64,000 nucleotides of DNA from an uncultured bacterium (GTDB lineage: Bacteria; Patescibacteriota; Minisyncoccia; Phycocordibacterales; Phycocordibacteraceae), in the NCBI GenBank assembly GCA_937879955.1, contig CALFMK010000001.1, positions 361,853-425,852 of the forward strand, given 5' to 3'. This document shows, in pieces, positions 9,595-17,672 of this stretch. The stretch's first letter is position 1, and each line of letters starts with the position of its first letter. The notes beneath the pieces were generated by a model that saw nothing but the letters and a program-made list of their open reading frames with translations, had not been told where the DNA came from and did no database searches. The translations under genes were made by a program, and so were the position numbers.

Positions 9595-10236
9595 ATGAAT
9601 ATCACCATGTCCGCAGACCACGCACACGACACCCCGAACAACCGCCATATCCCGATCTATACGTACGTATGGCTCTTGAGCCTGGGCATCGTGTCGCTTG
9701 AGCTCGCCGGATCCTGGTTCTCAGGAAGCCGCGCGCTCCTCGCTGACGTCGGCCACGTCTTGAGCGATACGCTGCTCGCGCTCGTGCCGCTCACGGCAGC
9801 GCTCTTCATGCGCGCGGGCGTGAGCAAGAAGCGCGTCGCGTTCCTGGCGAGCCTGGCGGCGGTCGCACTCCTCGTCTACGTCGGCCTGCACGTCGGTGGC
9901 GAGGCCTGGGAGGCGCTCATGGGCGAGGCGCATCACGAGCACGAGGTGAACGGCCTCATGCTGTTTGCGTTCTCAGGAGCGGCCGCGATCATGAACGTGT
10001 TCCAGCATCGCCTCCTCTCCCGGATCGATCCGGAGCATCACCATGGCGCGCACAAGGGGCTCCACTTCCACGTCCTCATGGATCTCGTGAAGAACCTCGT
10101 GCTCCCGGTGCTCGGTCTCCTCATCGCCTTCGAGCTCCTTCCTGACCACGCGGACCTCTGGGCAGCGCTCGCGATCGGCGGCCTCCTCATCGTCCGCGCG
10201 ATCATCCTGCTCGTGGGTATCCTGAAGCGCCGATAG
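9595..10236 (+). CDS. Cation diffusion facilitator (ZitB/CzcD-like, transmembrane domain only)
   Basis: SGSRALLADVGHVLSD (HxxxD) and HVLMD site-A motifs; His-rich loops. Confidence 0.82.
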   Translation: MNITMSADHAHDTPNNRHIPIYTYVWLLSLGIVSLELAGSWFSGSRALLADVGHVLSDTLLALVPLTAALFMRAGVSKKRVAFLASLAAVALLVYVGLHVGGEAWEALMGEAHHEHEVNGLMLFAFSGAAAIMNVFQHRLLSRIDPEHHHGAHKGLHFHVLMDLVKNLVLPVLGLLIAFELLPDHADLWAALAIGGLLIVRAIILLVGILKRR

Positions 10237-10250
10237 GCACCGCAATGAAT

Positions 10251-10280
10251 AACCCCCGTCGCTATCGCGACGGGGGTTTT
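10251..10280. terminator. Terminator between convergent genes
   Basis: aacccccgtcgc-tatc-gcgacgggggtttt. Confidence 0.75.
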
Positions 10281-10290
10281 ATCTATTGCG

Positions 10291-10983
10291 CTACGCTGCG
10301 ACGCGCTCGAGCTTTCGCTCCCGGAGGAACGAGATGCCCGGGGCCGCGAGCGAGCGGAGGTCGGTATCGCGACGCGGGAGCCCGTACAGGATCCCCGCCA
10401 TCTTCTGATACGAGGCGATCTCCGCCCTACCCATGTCGAGGCTCCGATCCGTCCATCCGGCGTCCGAGAACGTCGGGACCCGGACGATCGCCGTACCTGC
10501 GGACTCGGCCAGCGAGCGCAGATGGTTCACCTGCGCGTACGCCGGAGAGCCGAGGATGTCGGCCTCGAAGCCGTCGCTGATGCAGCCGCAGTCGCAGACC
10601 AGGCGCAGCTGCATGCCGAGCTCGTCTCGCAGGACGCGGTCGAGCAGGTCCATGTTCCGCTCGGCGAGCGCCATGGACTCGAAGACCGTATGGAACGCGG
10701 CCATGTCCTCGGTCTGCACCCGCTCGAGCGTATCGAGGTCGAGTGCCGAGAACGGCATCATGGCCCACGGGTACATCCCGTGATCGCGGTGCTTGGCCCG
10801 GTCCATCATCTCGAGCACGGCGATGAGGACCGCCGGCTGCGGGACGTGATGGTCGGTGATGGCCGTCACGATCGAATCGATGGCCTTCGTCCCGAGGCAC
10901 TTCTGGTAGCGTGCGGCGATGAGCGGCACGTCGTCCGCGTGGAGCGGACGGTCGTAGGACGTTCCGGTAGCTGCATGGCACAT
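10291..10983 (-). CDS. Hypothetical protein (230 aa) with a CDCGC motif
   Basis: AGGAG SD 6 nt before ATG at 10983; genome-like codon usage; no family recognised. Confidence 0.6.
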   Translation of the reverse strand: MCHAATGTSYDRPLHADDVPLIAARYQKCLGTKAIDSIVTAITDHHVPQPAVLIAVLEMMDRAKHRDHGMYPWAMMPFSALDLDTLERVQTEDMAAFHTVFESMALAERNMDLLDRVLRDELGMQLRLVCDCGCISDGFEADILGSPAYAQVNHLRSLAESAGTAIVRVPTFSDAGWTDRSLDMGRAEIASYQKMAGILYGLPRRDTDLRSLAAPGISFLRERKLERVAA

Positions 10984-11032
10984 GGCCAGCTCCTTATGGC
11001 TGCGTGAAAGGACAATGATGGCGCTGATGCAT

Positions 11033-11079
11033 CCATCGCCCGCGCCTCCTCGCTCTATACGCGGAGGCGCGGGCGATGG
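11033..11079. other. 17-bp GC-rich intergenic hairpin without U-tract
   Basis: ccatcgcccgcgcctcc / ggaggcgcgggcgatgg perfect inverted repeat just past the cooC-like stop codon. Confidence 0.6.
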
Positions 11080-11087
11080 GAACATCG

Positions 11088-11942
11088 CTAGAGCTTCGCC
11101 TTCTGTCGCTCCTCTTCGAACGCGCGCAGGCGCGCGAGCGTATCTTTCCCGTCTGCAGCCTTCTCCCGCAGGGTCGCGAGCATGGCCGTGCCTGCTGCGC
11201 GCGTCTCCTCGGAAAGGGCGGACATATCGTACGCGAGGAGCCCCGGATCGGCCGGGAGGCGACCGACGATACGGTCGCCCCACTCAGCATCGATCGCTTC
11301 CGTGAGCTCGGTCGCGCCCTGGACCTTGTTCACGACGACATAGAGCGGAAGTCCGGTGCGGTCGGCTATGCCCGCGACCTGCGCGAGCACGCGGATGCTG
11401 TTGCCATGCGGCTCGACCACCACGACCACGGCGTCCGCGCCGAGGAAGAGCCCGAAGTTCATCATGTCCGCGCCCGCGACGCCGTCGATGATCACGTCAG
11501 CACTGTTCCCTTCATCGAGGAGCGGGAGATAGTACTTGAGCGCGGCCGAATGCCCGTGCGCGCAGCGATCCGAGAACAGCACGTCCTCGCTACCGAGCCC
11601 GACCGCGATAAGGTCGACATTGTCCGAGACCGGCATGGAGACCTCGTCCGTGTACGGGTCCTTCGGCGACACCGTGAATGTCGGGAGTGCGCGGCCGTCG
11701 AGGACGATATCCTGCCAGCGTCGGTCCTCCCTCTGCCCCACCATCGCGCGGAACTCGTCATGACGGCGATGCATCGTCGGCGTCTCGCTCGTGACCGTAG
11801 CGCCGAGCAGGGACGCGAGGTCCATATTGTGGTCTGCATCGATGGCCAGGACCTTCCGTCCCTGTTCCTCGAGCAGCCGCGTTACGAGCCAGCTCACCGT
11901 ACTCTTCCCGCTCCCTCCCTTCCCGATGAATGCCAGTTTCAT
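11088..11942 (-). CDS. CooC-like (MinD/SIMIBI) metal-chaperone ATPase
   Basis: Deviant Walker A GKGGSGKS, IDADHNMDL, RCAHGH at the CooC CxC position, IIDGVAG. Confidence 0.75.
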   Translation of the reverse strand: MKLAFIGKGGSGKSTVSWLVTRLLEEQGRKVLAIDADHNMDLASLLGATVTSETPTMHRRHDEFRAMVGQREDRRWQDIVLDGRALPTFTVSPKDPYTDEVSMPVSDNVDLIAVGLGSEDVLFSDRCAHGHSAALKYYLPLLDEGNSADVIIDGVAGADMMNFGLFLGADAVVVVVEPHGNSIRVLAQVAGIADRTGLPLYVVVNKVQGATELTEAIDAEWGDRIVGRLPADPGLLAYDMSALSEETRAAGTAMLATLREKAADGKDTLARLRAFEEERQKAKL

Positions 11943-11946
11943 ATAT

Positions 11947-12001
11947 GCAATTTATTTGCGTTTACTATACAGGGGAGGGGAAGTAATTGCAAACGGCTTG
12001 C
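11947..12001. promoter_or_regulatory. Two putative Fur/Zur operators in the divergent cooC/fur promoter
   Basis: GCAATTTATTTGC (11947-11959) and GCAAACGGCTTGC (11989-12001). Confidence 0.6.
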
Positions 12002-12015
12002 GTTTGTTCCATACT

Positions 12016-12444
12016 ATGTCCATGAAAGCCACCGCGATCGATCCTGCGTCCCTCCTGCGCGAGGCCGGGCTCCGTGTCACCCCGGGCCGCCTCGAGCTCC
12101 TCAGCATCCTCGCGAGAGAGCCCAAGCCCCTCGCCGTCCACCAGATCGAGAAGAAGATGAAGGGCGCGCTCAACCAGGTCACGCTCTACCGCGCACTCGA
12201 GGCGCTCGAGAAGGCCGGCATCGTCTCGCGCGTGAACCTCGAGCACGACCACGCGCACTTCGAGCTCTCCGTAGGCCGTCCGCACCACCATCACGCGGTC
12301 TGCCGCGCCTGCGGGCTCGTGGAGGATATCGAGGTACCGCATGCGGCCCTGCCCCAGAAGGAAGCGGCGAAACAAGCGAAGGCGTTCGCGTCCATAGACC
12401 GCTACTCTCTCGAGTTCTTCGGCCTCTGCCGCGGCTGCGCGTAG
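12016..12444 (+). CDS. Fur family transcriptional regulator (probably Zur)
   Basis: GLRVTPGR..VTLYRALEAL..HHHHAVCRACG..FFGLCRGC motifs. Confidence 0.9.
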   Translation: MSMKATAIDPASLLREAGLRVTPGRLELLSILAREPKPLAVHQIEKKMKGALNQVTLYRALEALEKAGIVSRVNLEHDHAHFELSVGRPHHHHAVCRACGLVEDIEVPHAALPQKEAAKQAKAFASIDRYSLEFFGLCRGCA

Positions 12445-12559
12445 ACGTTCGCGAATCCCCACCGCTTCCCCACGCCGGGGCGCATTCTGCTACACTACTT
12501 CATGAAGATAAGGTGAGGCGCGCGTCTTGTCACCGTTACCTGCTAGCACCTAATCACCC

Positions 12560-13228
12560 ATGAGAATCCTAGTGATCGAGGACGAAGAGAAGATCTCCCG
12601 CTTCCTGCGGGACTCGTTCGAGGCCGAGTACTTCGCGGTAGACGTCGCGGAAGACGGCGAGCGCGGCTCTCTCTTCGCCCGCACCAACGAGTACGACCTC
12701 GTCGTGCTCGACAACATGCTCCCGAAGAAGGACGGCCTTCAGGTCTGCGAAGAGATCCGTGCAGCCGGGAAGACCATGCCCATCCTCGTCGTATCGGTGA
12801 AGACCGACGCGATGGACAAGGTCGACCTCCTGAACGCGGGCGCCGACGACTACCTCGCGAAGCCCTTCGTTCTCGAGGAGCTCCTCGCCCGCGCCCGCGC
12901 GCTCATGCGCCGCCCCGTCTCCATTGAGAGCGACGTGCTCACGGTCGAGGACATCACGCTCGATACCACGAGCGGCACCGCCAAGCGCGGCGACCGCGAC
13001 CTCGGACTCACCCGCAAGGAGTACATGCTCCTCCAGTACCTGATGCGCAACGAAGGCATCGTGCTCTCTCGCGGCATGATCCTGGAGCACGTGTGGGACA
13101 TGAGCGTGGACATCTTCTCGAACACCATCGAGTCTCACATCCTCTCGCTCCGCAAGAAGCTCAACGACATGGGACGCGAGCGCCTCATACAGACCGTATC
13201 GGGCCGAGGCTATCGCATCGGCGTCTAA
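12560..13228 (+). CDS. OmpR/PhoB family response regulator
   Basis: MRILVIEDE, LDNMLP (phospho-Asp), GADDYLAKPF, LTRKEY..IQTVSGRGY winged helix. Confidence 0.95.
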   Translation: MRILVIEDEEKISRFLRDSFEAEYFAVDVAEDGERGSLFARTNEYDLVVLDNMLPKKDGLQVCEEIRAAGKTMPILVVSVKTDAMDKVDLLNAGADDYLAKPFVLEELLARARALMRRPVSIESDVLTVEDITLDTTSGTAKRGDRDLGLTRKEYMLLQYLMRNEGIVLSRGMILEHVWDMSVDIFSNTIESHILSLRKKLNDMGRERLIQTVSGRGYRIGV

Positions 13229-13301
13229 CCCATCGGTACGAGAATGCGCCTGCCGGCACATCGCTGGCAGGCGTTTTCGTATGTATGCACTCACCCGTGA
13301 C

Positions 13302-13367
13302 TTTATCTTTTTTCTAGATTTTCTTTATAAAAAATTTATCTCTTTGTTATGTTCTCTTCAGTATCTT
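13302..13367 (+). promoter_or_regulatory. Five 11-bp-period direct repeats plus a -10-like element upstream of the methyltransferase operon
   Basis: TTTAT/TCTAG/TTTAT/TTTAT/GTTAT at 13302, 13313, 13324, 13335, 13346; TATCTT 11 nt after the last repeat. Confidence 0.65.
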
Positions 13368-13374
13368 CATACCT

Positions 13375-14064
13375 ATGAAGAACACAGGGACACTCGCGTT
13401 CGGCGACATGCGCGATGCTACGGTGCGCACGCGCGCCGAGATAGGGTTCGACGAGCGGGATACCTGGCGCGACGCGTCAGCCACGTTCACGGATCATACC
13501 CTCACGATCCAAGGTCACCCGGTGATGGAAGACTGGGAGGAGGGGTACATGAAGCGCCTCGCGCACATCTGCGCGGCGCAAGGCGGAACCGTCCTCGAGG
13601 TAGGATTCGGCATGGGCATCTCGGCGCGCCACATTCAGCGGCATCCTATAGACCGGCACATCGTGATAGAGGCGAACTGGGACGTCTTCGAGCAGCTCGT
13701 CTCGTTCGCGAAGTCCGCTGCGCATCCGGTCTCTCCCCTCTTCGGGTTCTGGGAGGACACGACCGCCCTGCTTCCGGACGCGAGCGTCTCCGGCATCCTC
13801 TTCGATACCTATCCGCTCACAGAGGAGGAGATACACAGGAACCACTTCCCGTTCTTCAAGGAGGCGCATCGTCTCCTGCGCCCTGGCGGCGTACTCACCT
13901 ACTACTCAGACGAGATCGACCGCTTCTCTGCAATGCATCGCTCCCTGCTCGAAGAGGCCGGGTTCTCCGACATACAGGGAGAGATATTCCCGGTCACGCC
14001 GCCCGCGGACTGCCAGTACTGGAAGAGCGCGACGATACTCGCCCCTATCGTACGAAAATCATGA
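13375..14064 (+). CDS. Guanidinoacetate N-methyltransferase (GAMT/RMT2)-like class I SAM methyltransferase
   Basis: PVMEDWEEGYM, GGTVLEVGFGMGISA, HIVIEAN, WED, GILFDTYPL and RLLRPGGVLTY parallel the GAMT motifs as I recall them. Confidence 0.85.
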   Translation: MKNTGTLAFGDMRDATVRTRAEIGFDERDTWRDASATFTDHTLTIQGHPVMEDWEEGYMKRLAHICAAQGGTVLEVGFGMGISARHIQRHPIDRHIVIEANWDVFEQLVSFAKSAAHPVSPLFGFWEDTTALLPDASVSGILFDTYPLTEEEIHRNHFPFFKEAHRLLRPGGVLTYYSDEIDRFSAMHRSLLEEAGFSDIQGEIFPVTPPADCQYWKSATILAPIVRKS

Positions 14065-14474
14065 CTACACTCCCGAAAGGCGCATATGGACTCCTGCTCG
14101 CGTTCGACGGCTACGATGCCTCGAGCGAACGGTGCGCCGATGTCGACCTGCTGCGCTCGGTCCTGCTCGAGCTTCCCGAGACCATAGGCATGCGCAGGCT
14201 CGGCGAGCCGCACACGGTATCCGTCGACGAGCCAGGCATCTCCGGGCTCTCCGGATTCACGTTCATCATGGAGTCGCACATAAGCATCCATACGTATTCC
14301 GAGCGCGGATTCGTCACGGCGGACATCTATTCCTGCAAGTGGTTCGACGCCGACGTGGCGGCGCGCTTCCTCGCCGACGCGTTCGCGATACCCTCCTATG
14401 AGACCAGCCATGTCGTCCGCGGCCTTCGTTTCGACAAGCTCCCGATCGCTTCAGGGGCGCGCGAGCGTCCCTGA
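14061..14474 (+). CDS. AdoMetDC (SpeD/SpeH)-family pyruvoyl-dependent decarboxylase proenzyme; substrate uncertain
   Basis: GLSGFTFIMESHISIHTYSERGFVTADIYSC self-cleavage motif; ATGA overlap with the upstream stop codon. Confidence 0.85.
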   Translation: MTTLPKGAYGLLLAFDGYDASSERCADVDLLRSVLLELPETIGMRRLGEPHTVSVDEPGISGLSGFTFIMESHISIHTYSERGFVTADIYSCKWFDADVAARFLADAFAIPSYETSHVVRGLRFDKLPIASGARERP

Positions 14475-14506
14475 ATAACTGTTCTTTGACCAACTGGGAG
14501 AGTGCT

Positions 14507-15235
14507 ATGACATCAGCGATACAGGTACGGAACGTCGAGAGGAAAGACCTGGCGACGCTCGCTCAACTAGAGACTGCCGTATGGACGGGCCTCGGCACGC
14601 CCATCCTTACGGAGAGCGTACTGACTGAATGGTTCGACGACGGGTCGCCGTTCTTCTTCATCGCGGAATTGGACGGCGTACCCTGCGGCTACTACTTCGG
14701 ACGCCGCATACGGTTCTCGATGGAAGAGCACCGCGCGTTCTTCAACCCTGCGCTCATGACGGGCCAAGGATGGAGCGCGCACCCGCATGTCCCTGACGGG
14801 AACTGCCTGTATGGGATCAATATCGTTTCCACCATACGAGGATCGGGACGGGCCCTGTACCAGGCCGTGCATGACCTACTCGAGGTGATGGGTCTCGATT
14901 ATTCGGTTGGCATCACGCGCCTCTCGGGCCTCGACGCCTATCTCTCTGGCATCGAGGCCAGAAACGGCGGGATCCTTCCATACGAGCAGGATGCGATCGC
15001 GCTCTGGTACGCGCACGAGAGCGCCGAGCGTCTCGGGCTTCGTTCCTGGAGCGAATGCCAGGCGAAGCCGGAGCTCGAAGGGCTGCCAGCACTCGAGAAT
15101 CCTGACCCCGTGCTAGCATTCCATGTACAAGGCACGACGTTCGGGATCCTCGGCATCCTTCCGGGATATATCGTTCCGGACCCGGAGAGCCGGGACTACG
15201 GAGCGACGATCGTATCCGCCTTCCCTCACCGATAA
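14507..15235 (+). CDS. GNAT-family acyl/acetyltransferase (YkwB-like)
   Basis: IQVRNVERKDL, HVPDGNCLYGINIVS..RGSGRAL, DPVLAFH, DPESRDYG; GGGAG SD. Confidence 0.65.
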   Translation: MTSAIQVRNVERKDLATLAQLETAVWTGLGTPILTESVLTEWFDDGSPFFFIAELDGVPCGYYFGRRIRFSMEEHRAFFNPALMTGQGWSAHPHVPDGNCLYGINIVSTIRGSGRALYQAVHDLLEVMGLDYSVGITRLSGLDAYLSGIEARNGGILPYEQDAIALWYAHESAERLGLRSWSECQAKPELEGLPALENPDPVLAFHVQGTTFGILGILPGYIVPDPESRDYGATIVSAFPHR

Positions 15236-15238
15236 GCC

Positions 15239-17227
15239 ATGTTCGCATTCACCTACGCAGCTGCCATATTAGCGACCGCATTCGCGGTTGCGGCAGCTGC
15301 TCTTCTTTTCAGGAGACGACGCATGCTCGACCTCGCGCTCGCGGCATATCTCTTCTCCGGGACGCTCTGGATAGGCGGGAACGCGGCAGCTGACATTTCC
15401 TACGTACCCTGGTTCCTCGTGCTCTCGAGCCAGATCGCCTTCTTCGGCGGCATCCTCAATCTCTTCTGCTTCATCCTGCTCGTGGACCTGCTCCTCGACA
15501 ACGCGTTCCCGCCATGGCGCAGGCTGTTCCTCTACGGCATACCGTGCCTCGTCCTTGCCGTATTCGGCTTCTCGCCGTACGGGATCGTGAGCATGTCCTT
15601 CCCGGCCGGCATGCCCGCGCAGATCGTCCCGGGCGTGATCTACTCGTTCGCGCTCGTCTTCTACATCGCGGGCCTGGCGTACGGCCTCATACGCCTGTGC
15701 CGCAGCCTTTCCCGCGAGTACGACCAGCTCCGCCGCACCCAGCTCCTCTACGTCCTCATCGGCCTCATCCTCACCATGACCGGGCAGGTGGTCTTCGACG
15801 TGATCCTGCCGCTCCTTGGCGAGCTACGCTTCTATACGGTAGGTCCGCTCACTTCGGTATTCTTCGGCTTCGGGTGCGCGTACGCGATCGCGCGGCATCA
15901 TCTCCTCGATATACGCATCGTGGCGCAGCGCGGCCTCATCTATTCCGTCCTGCTCGCCGGGATCGTCGGGCTCTATGTCGGGCTCGTGATGATGATGAGC
16001 CTCGTGCTGAGCGACTCGACCAGCGCGAGCATCTTCTTCTCGGCAGGTATCACGGTCGTCGCAGGCATCTTCGGTGCGCCCGCCGTCGAGCGGTATTTCC
16101 GGAAAGCGACCGACCGCTTCTTCTTCAAGGATATCTATGACTACGGCGCCGCGCTGCACACGCTCTCGAGCGTGCTGCACGCGAACGTCGCCTTCGCGGA
16201 CCTCGTGCGCGAATCGGAATCTGCGCTCCGTGAGATCCTCCGCGCCACCTACGTGCACGTCACGCTCGGCAGCTCCACAAGGAACGCGCCTGCGAAAGAC
16301 GCGTCCTTACGCATCCCGATCGAGCTCGATGGGGATGATATCGGCTGCATCTATATAGGAGAGAAGCGTTCAGGCGACCCCTACTCCCCCGAGGACATCC
16401 AGCTGCTCGAGACGTTCGCGTACCAGGCCGCGACCGCGCTCTCCCGCGCGCAGCTCCATGCGGAGGCGGAGCAGCATGCGGCAGCCCTCGAGACGAAGGT
16501 ACGCGAGCGCACCCGCGAGCTCTCCGAGGCCCATGACCGCGAGCGCCAGATGATAAATGACATATCGCACAACCTGCAGACCCCGCTGACCGTGCTCCAG
16601 ACGAAGCTTGACCAGCTCAAGCCCACCATGAAGGACGCGGCGGAGATCCGCTCCTTCGAGCAGTCTCTCGCCGGCTTCTCCGCGTTCGTGTACGACCTCC
16701 TCGCGCTCGCCCGCCTCGAGGGCGGCAGGAAGCCCGAGTTCGAGCCGGTCTCCTTGAGCGCGCTCCTGCGCGACCTCGCCGAAGAGGTTGAGACGATCGC
16801 CGCGGATCGCGGCATCAGCGTGAAAAGAGACATCGCGAACGGCATGCGCGTGTCAGGCGACGAGCGCAGGCTCCGCGAGGCGTTCATGAACGTCGCGAGC
16901 AACGCGCTCAAGTACATGCGCGAGAGAGGCGAACGGCTCGTATCGCTCGTCGCGCATGCCGAGGACGGCATGGCCGTCGTCACGATTAAGGATACGGGTA
17001 TCGGGATCGCGAAGAGCGACCTTCCTCATGTGTTCGAGCGCTTCTATCGCGGCAAGGAGACACCGAAGGAGATGAAAGGCACGGGCCTCGGCCTCCCTAT
17101 CTCGAAGCTCATCGTCGAGCAGCACGGAGGCACTATCGCGGCCGAGAGCGAGCCCGGAGCCGGTACCATCATAGAGATACGGCTCCCGCTCATGCACGGC
17201 CAGGAGCGCTCCAGCCTCACCGACTAG
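15239..17227 (+). CDS. Sensor histidine kinase: multi-TM (HisKA_7TM-like) input, GAF-like, HisKA and HATPase domains
   Basis: About 9 TM segments; GEKRSGDPYSPEDIQLL GAF signature; H-box SHNLQTPL, N-box NALKY, DTGIGI, FERFYR, GTGLGL. Confidence 0.92.
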   Translation: MFAFTYAAAILATAFAVAAAALLFRRRRMLDLALAAYLFSGTLWIGGNAAADISYVPWFLVLSSQIAFFGGILNLFCFILLVDLLLDNAFPPWRRLFLYGIPCLVLAVFGFSPYGIVSMSFPAGMPAQIVPGVIYSFALVFYIAGLAYGLIRLCRSLSREYDQLRRTQLLYVLIGLILTMTGQVVFDVILPLLGELRFYTVGPLTSVFFGFGCAYAIARHHLLDIRIVAQRGLIYSVLLAGIVGLYVGLVMMMSLVLSDSTSASIFFSAGITVVAGIFGAPAVERYFRKATDRFFFKDIYDYGAALHTLSSVLHANVAFADLVRESESALREILRATYVHVTLGSSTRNAPAKDASLRIPIELDGDDIGCIYIGEKRSGDPYSPEDIQLLETFAYQAATALSRAQLHAEAEQHAAALETKVRERTRELSEAHDRERQMINDISHNLQTPLTVLQTKLDQLKPTMKDAAEIRSFEQSLAGFSAFVYDLLALARLEGGRKPEFEPVSLSALLRDLAEEVETIAADRGISVKRDIANGMRVSGDERRLREAFMNVASNALKYMRERGERLVSLVAHAEDGMAVVTIKDTGIGIAKSDLPHVFERFYRGKETPKEMKGTGLGLPISKLIVEQHGGTIAAESEPGAGTIIEIRLPLMHGQERSSLTD

Positions 17228-17265
17228 CGCTGCTTCCTCTGCGTGCGAGCCATCGATATAATCAG

Positions 17266-17384
17266 CAAAGACCGCCCCATCCGCATCGATATCGGGCTAG
17301 CTTCTATCCGGCTTTTAATAAAGCTGGTGTTGCGCGAGCTAGCCCGATATCGGCACAGGTAGGACGGTCGTTTGTGTCAGGAAC
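17266..17384 (-). ncRNA. Candidate rod-shaped small RNA 1
   Basis: 16-bp perfect inverted repeat (17287-17302/17337-17352) extends to a ~35-bp stem using G-U pairs only on the minus strand. TAGACT -10 at 17396-17391. Confidence 0.55.
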
Positions 17385-17390
17385 AGATGT

Positions 17391-17444
17391 AGTCTACGAA
17401 TACTCCTTAAAGAAATTCTAAAGTTTAGATAAAGAAAAAATAAA
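17391..17444 (-). promoter_or_regulatory. Four 11-bp-period direct repeats plus -10 for sRNA 1
   Basis: Minus-strand TTTAT/TTTAT/TTTAG/TTTAA (plus-strand starts 17440, 17429, 17418, 17407), then TAGACT 10 nt later. Confidence 0.62.
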
Positions 17445-17484
17445 ACCACATGGTACGTTCTTACCCTTAAAGAGCCACGGCAGC

Positions 17485-17568
17485 GTTCACGCACCGATAT
17501 CGGACCGGCTCCAGCAGCTTCCAAAGAAGCAACCGGGGCGCGAGCCGGTCCGATATCGCTTCGCGAAC
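17485..17568 (-). ncRNA. Candidate rod-shaped small RNA 2 (paralog of RNA 1)
   Basis: 17-bp perfect inverted repeat cgatatcggaccggctc (17495-17511/17542-17558), closed by GTTCGCG/CGTGAAC; begins ~7 nt after TAGAAT. Confidence 0.55.
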
Positions 17569-17574
17569 CCGGGC

Positions 17575-17629
17575 ATTCTACGCACCGCACGCTAACGGAA
17601 ACTTAAAGTTTGCATAGCGAATAGTTAAG
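17575..17629 (-). promoter_or_regulatory. Four 11-bp-period direct repeats plus -10 for sRNA 2
   Basis: Minus-strand CTTAA/GCTAT/TTTAA/GTTAG (plus-strand starts 17625, 17614, 17603, 17592), then TAGAAT 11 nt later. Confidence 0.58.
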
Positions 17630-17658
17630 AGCACGGGCCCCATGGACCCGTGCTCTTA
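17626..17658 (-). terminator. Terminator of the RsiV-like gene
   Basis: taagagcacggg..cccgtgctctta inverted repeat. Confidence 0.6.
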
Positions 17659-17672
17659 CCTGAGAGAACGGA

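Noticed and set aside
13375-14474. Ordinary speD-speE spermidine synthesis operon
   Set aside because: The methyltransferase-fold protein has GAMT-type motifs and lacks the GGGDG dcSAM-binding signature. Not fully excluded without an assay.
13281-14474. 397-aa ORF fusing upstream sequence to the decarboxylase
   Set aside because: The N-terminal 260 codons are an off-frame shadow of the methyltransferase gene. The real start is ATG 14061 with an ATGA overlap.
17266-17568. CRISPR array, integron attC sites or SRP RNA
   Set aside because: Only two divergent units; no cas or integrase gene; no RYYYAAC/GTTRRRY ends; no SRP CAGG-GNRA-AGCA motif.
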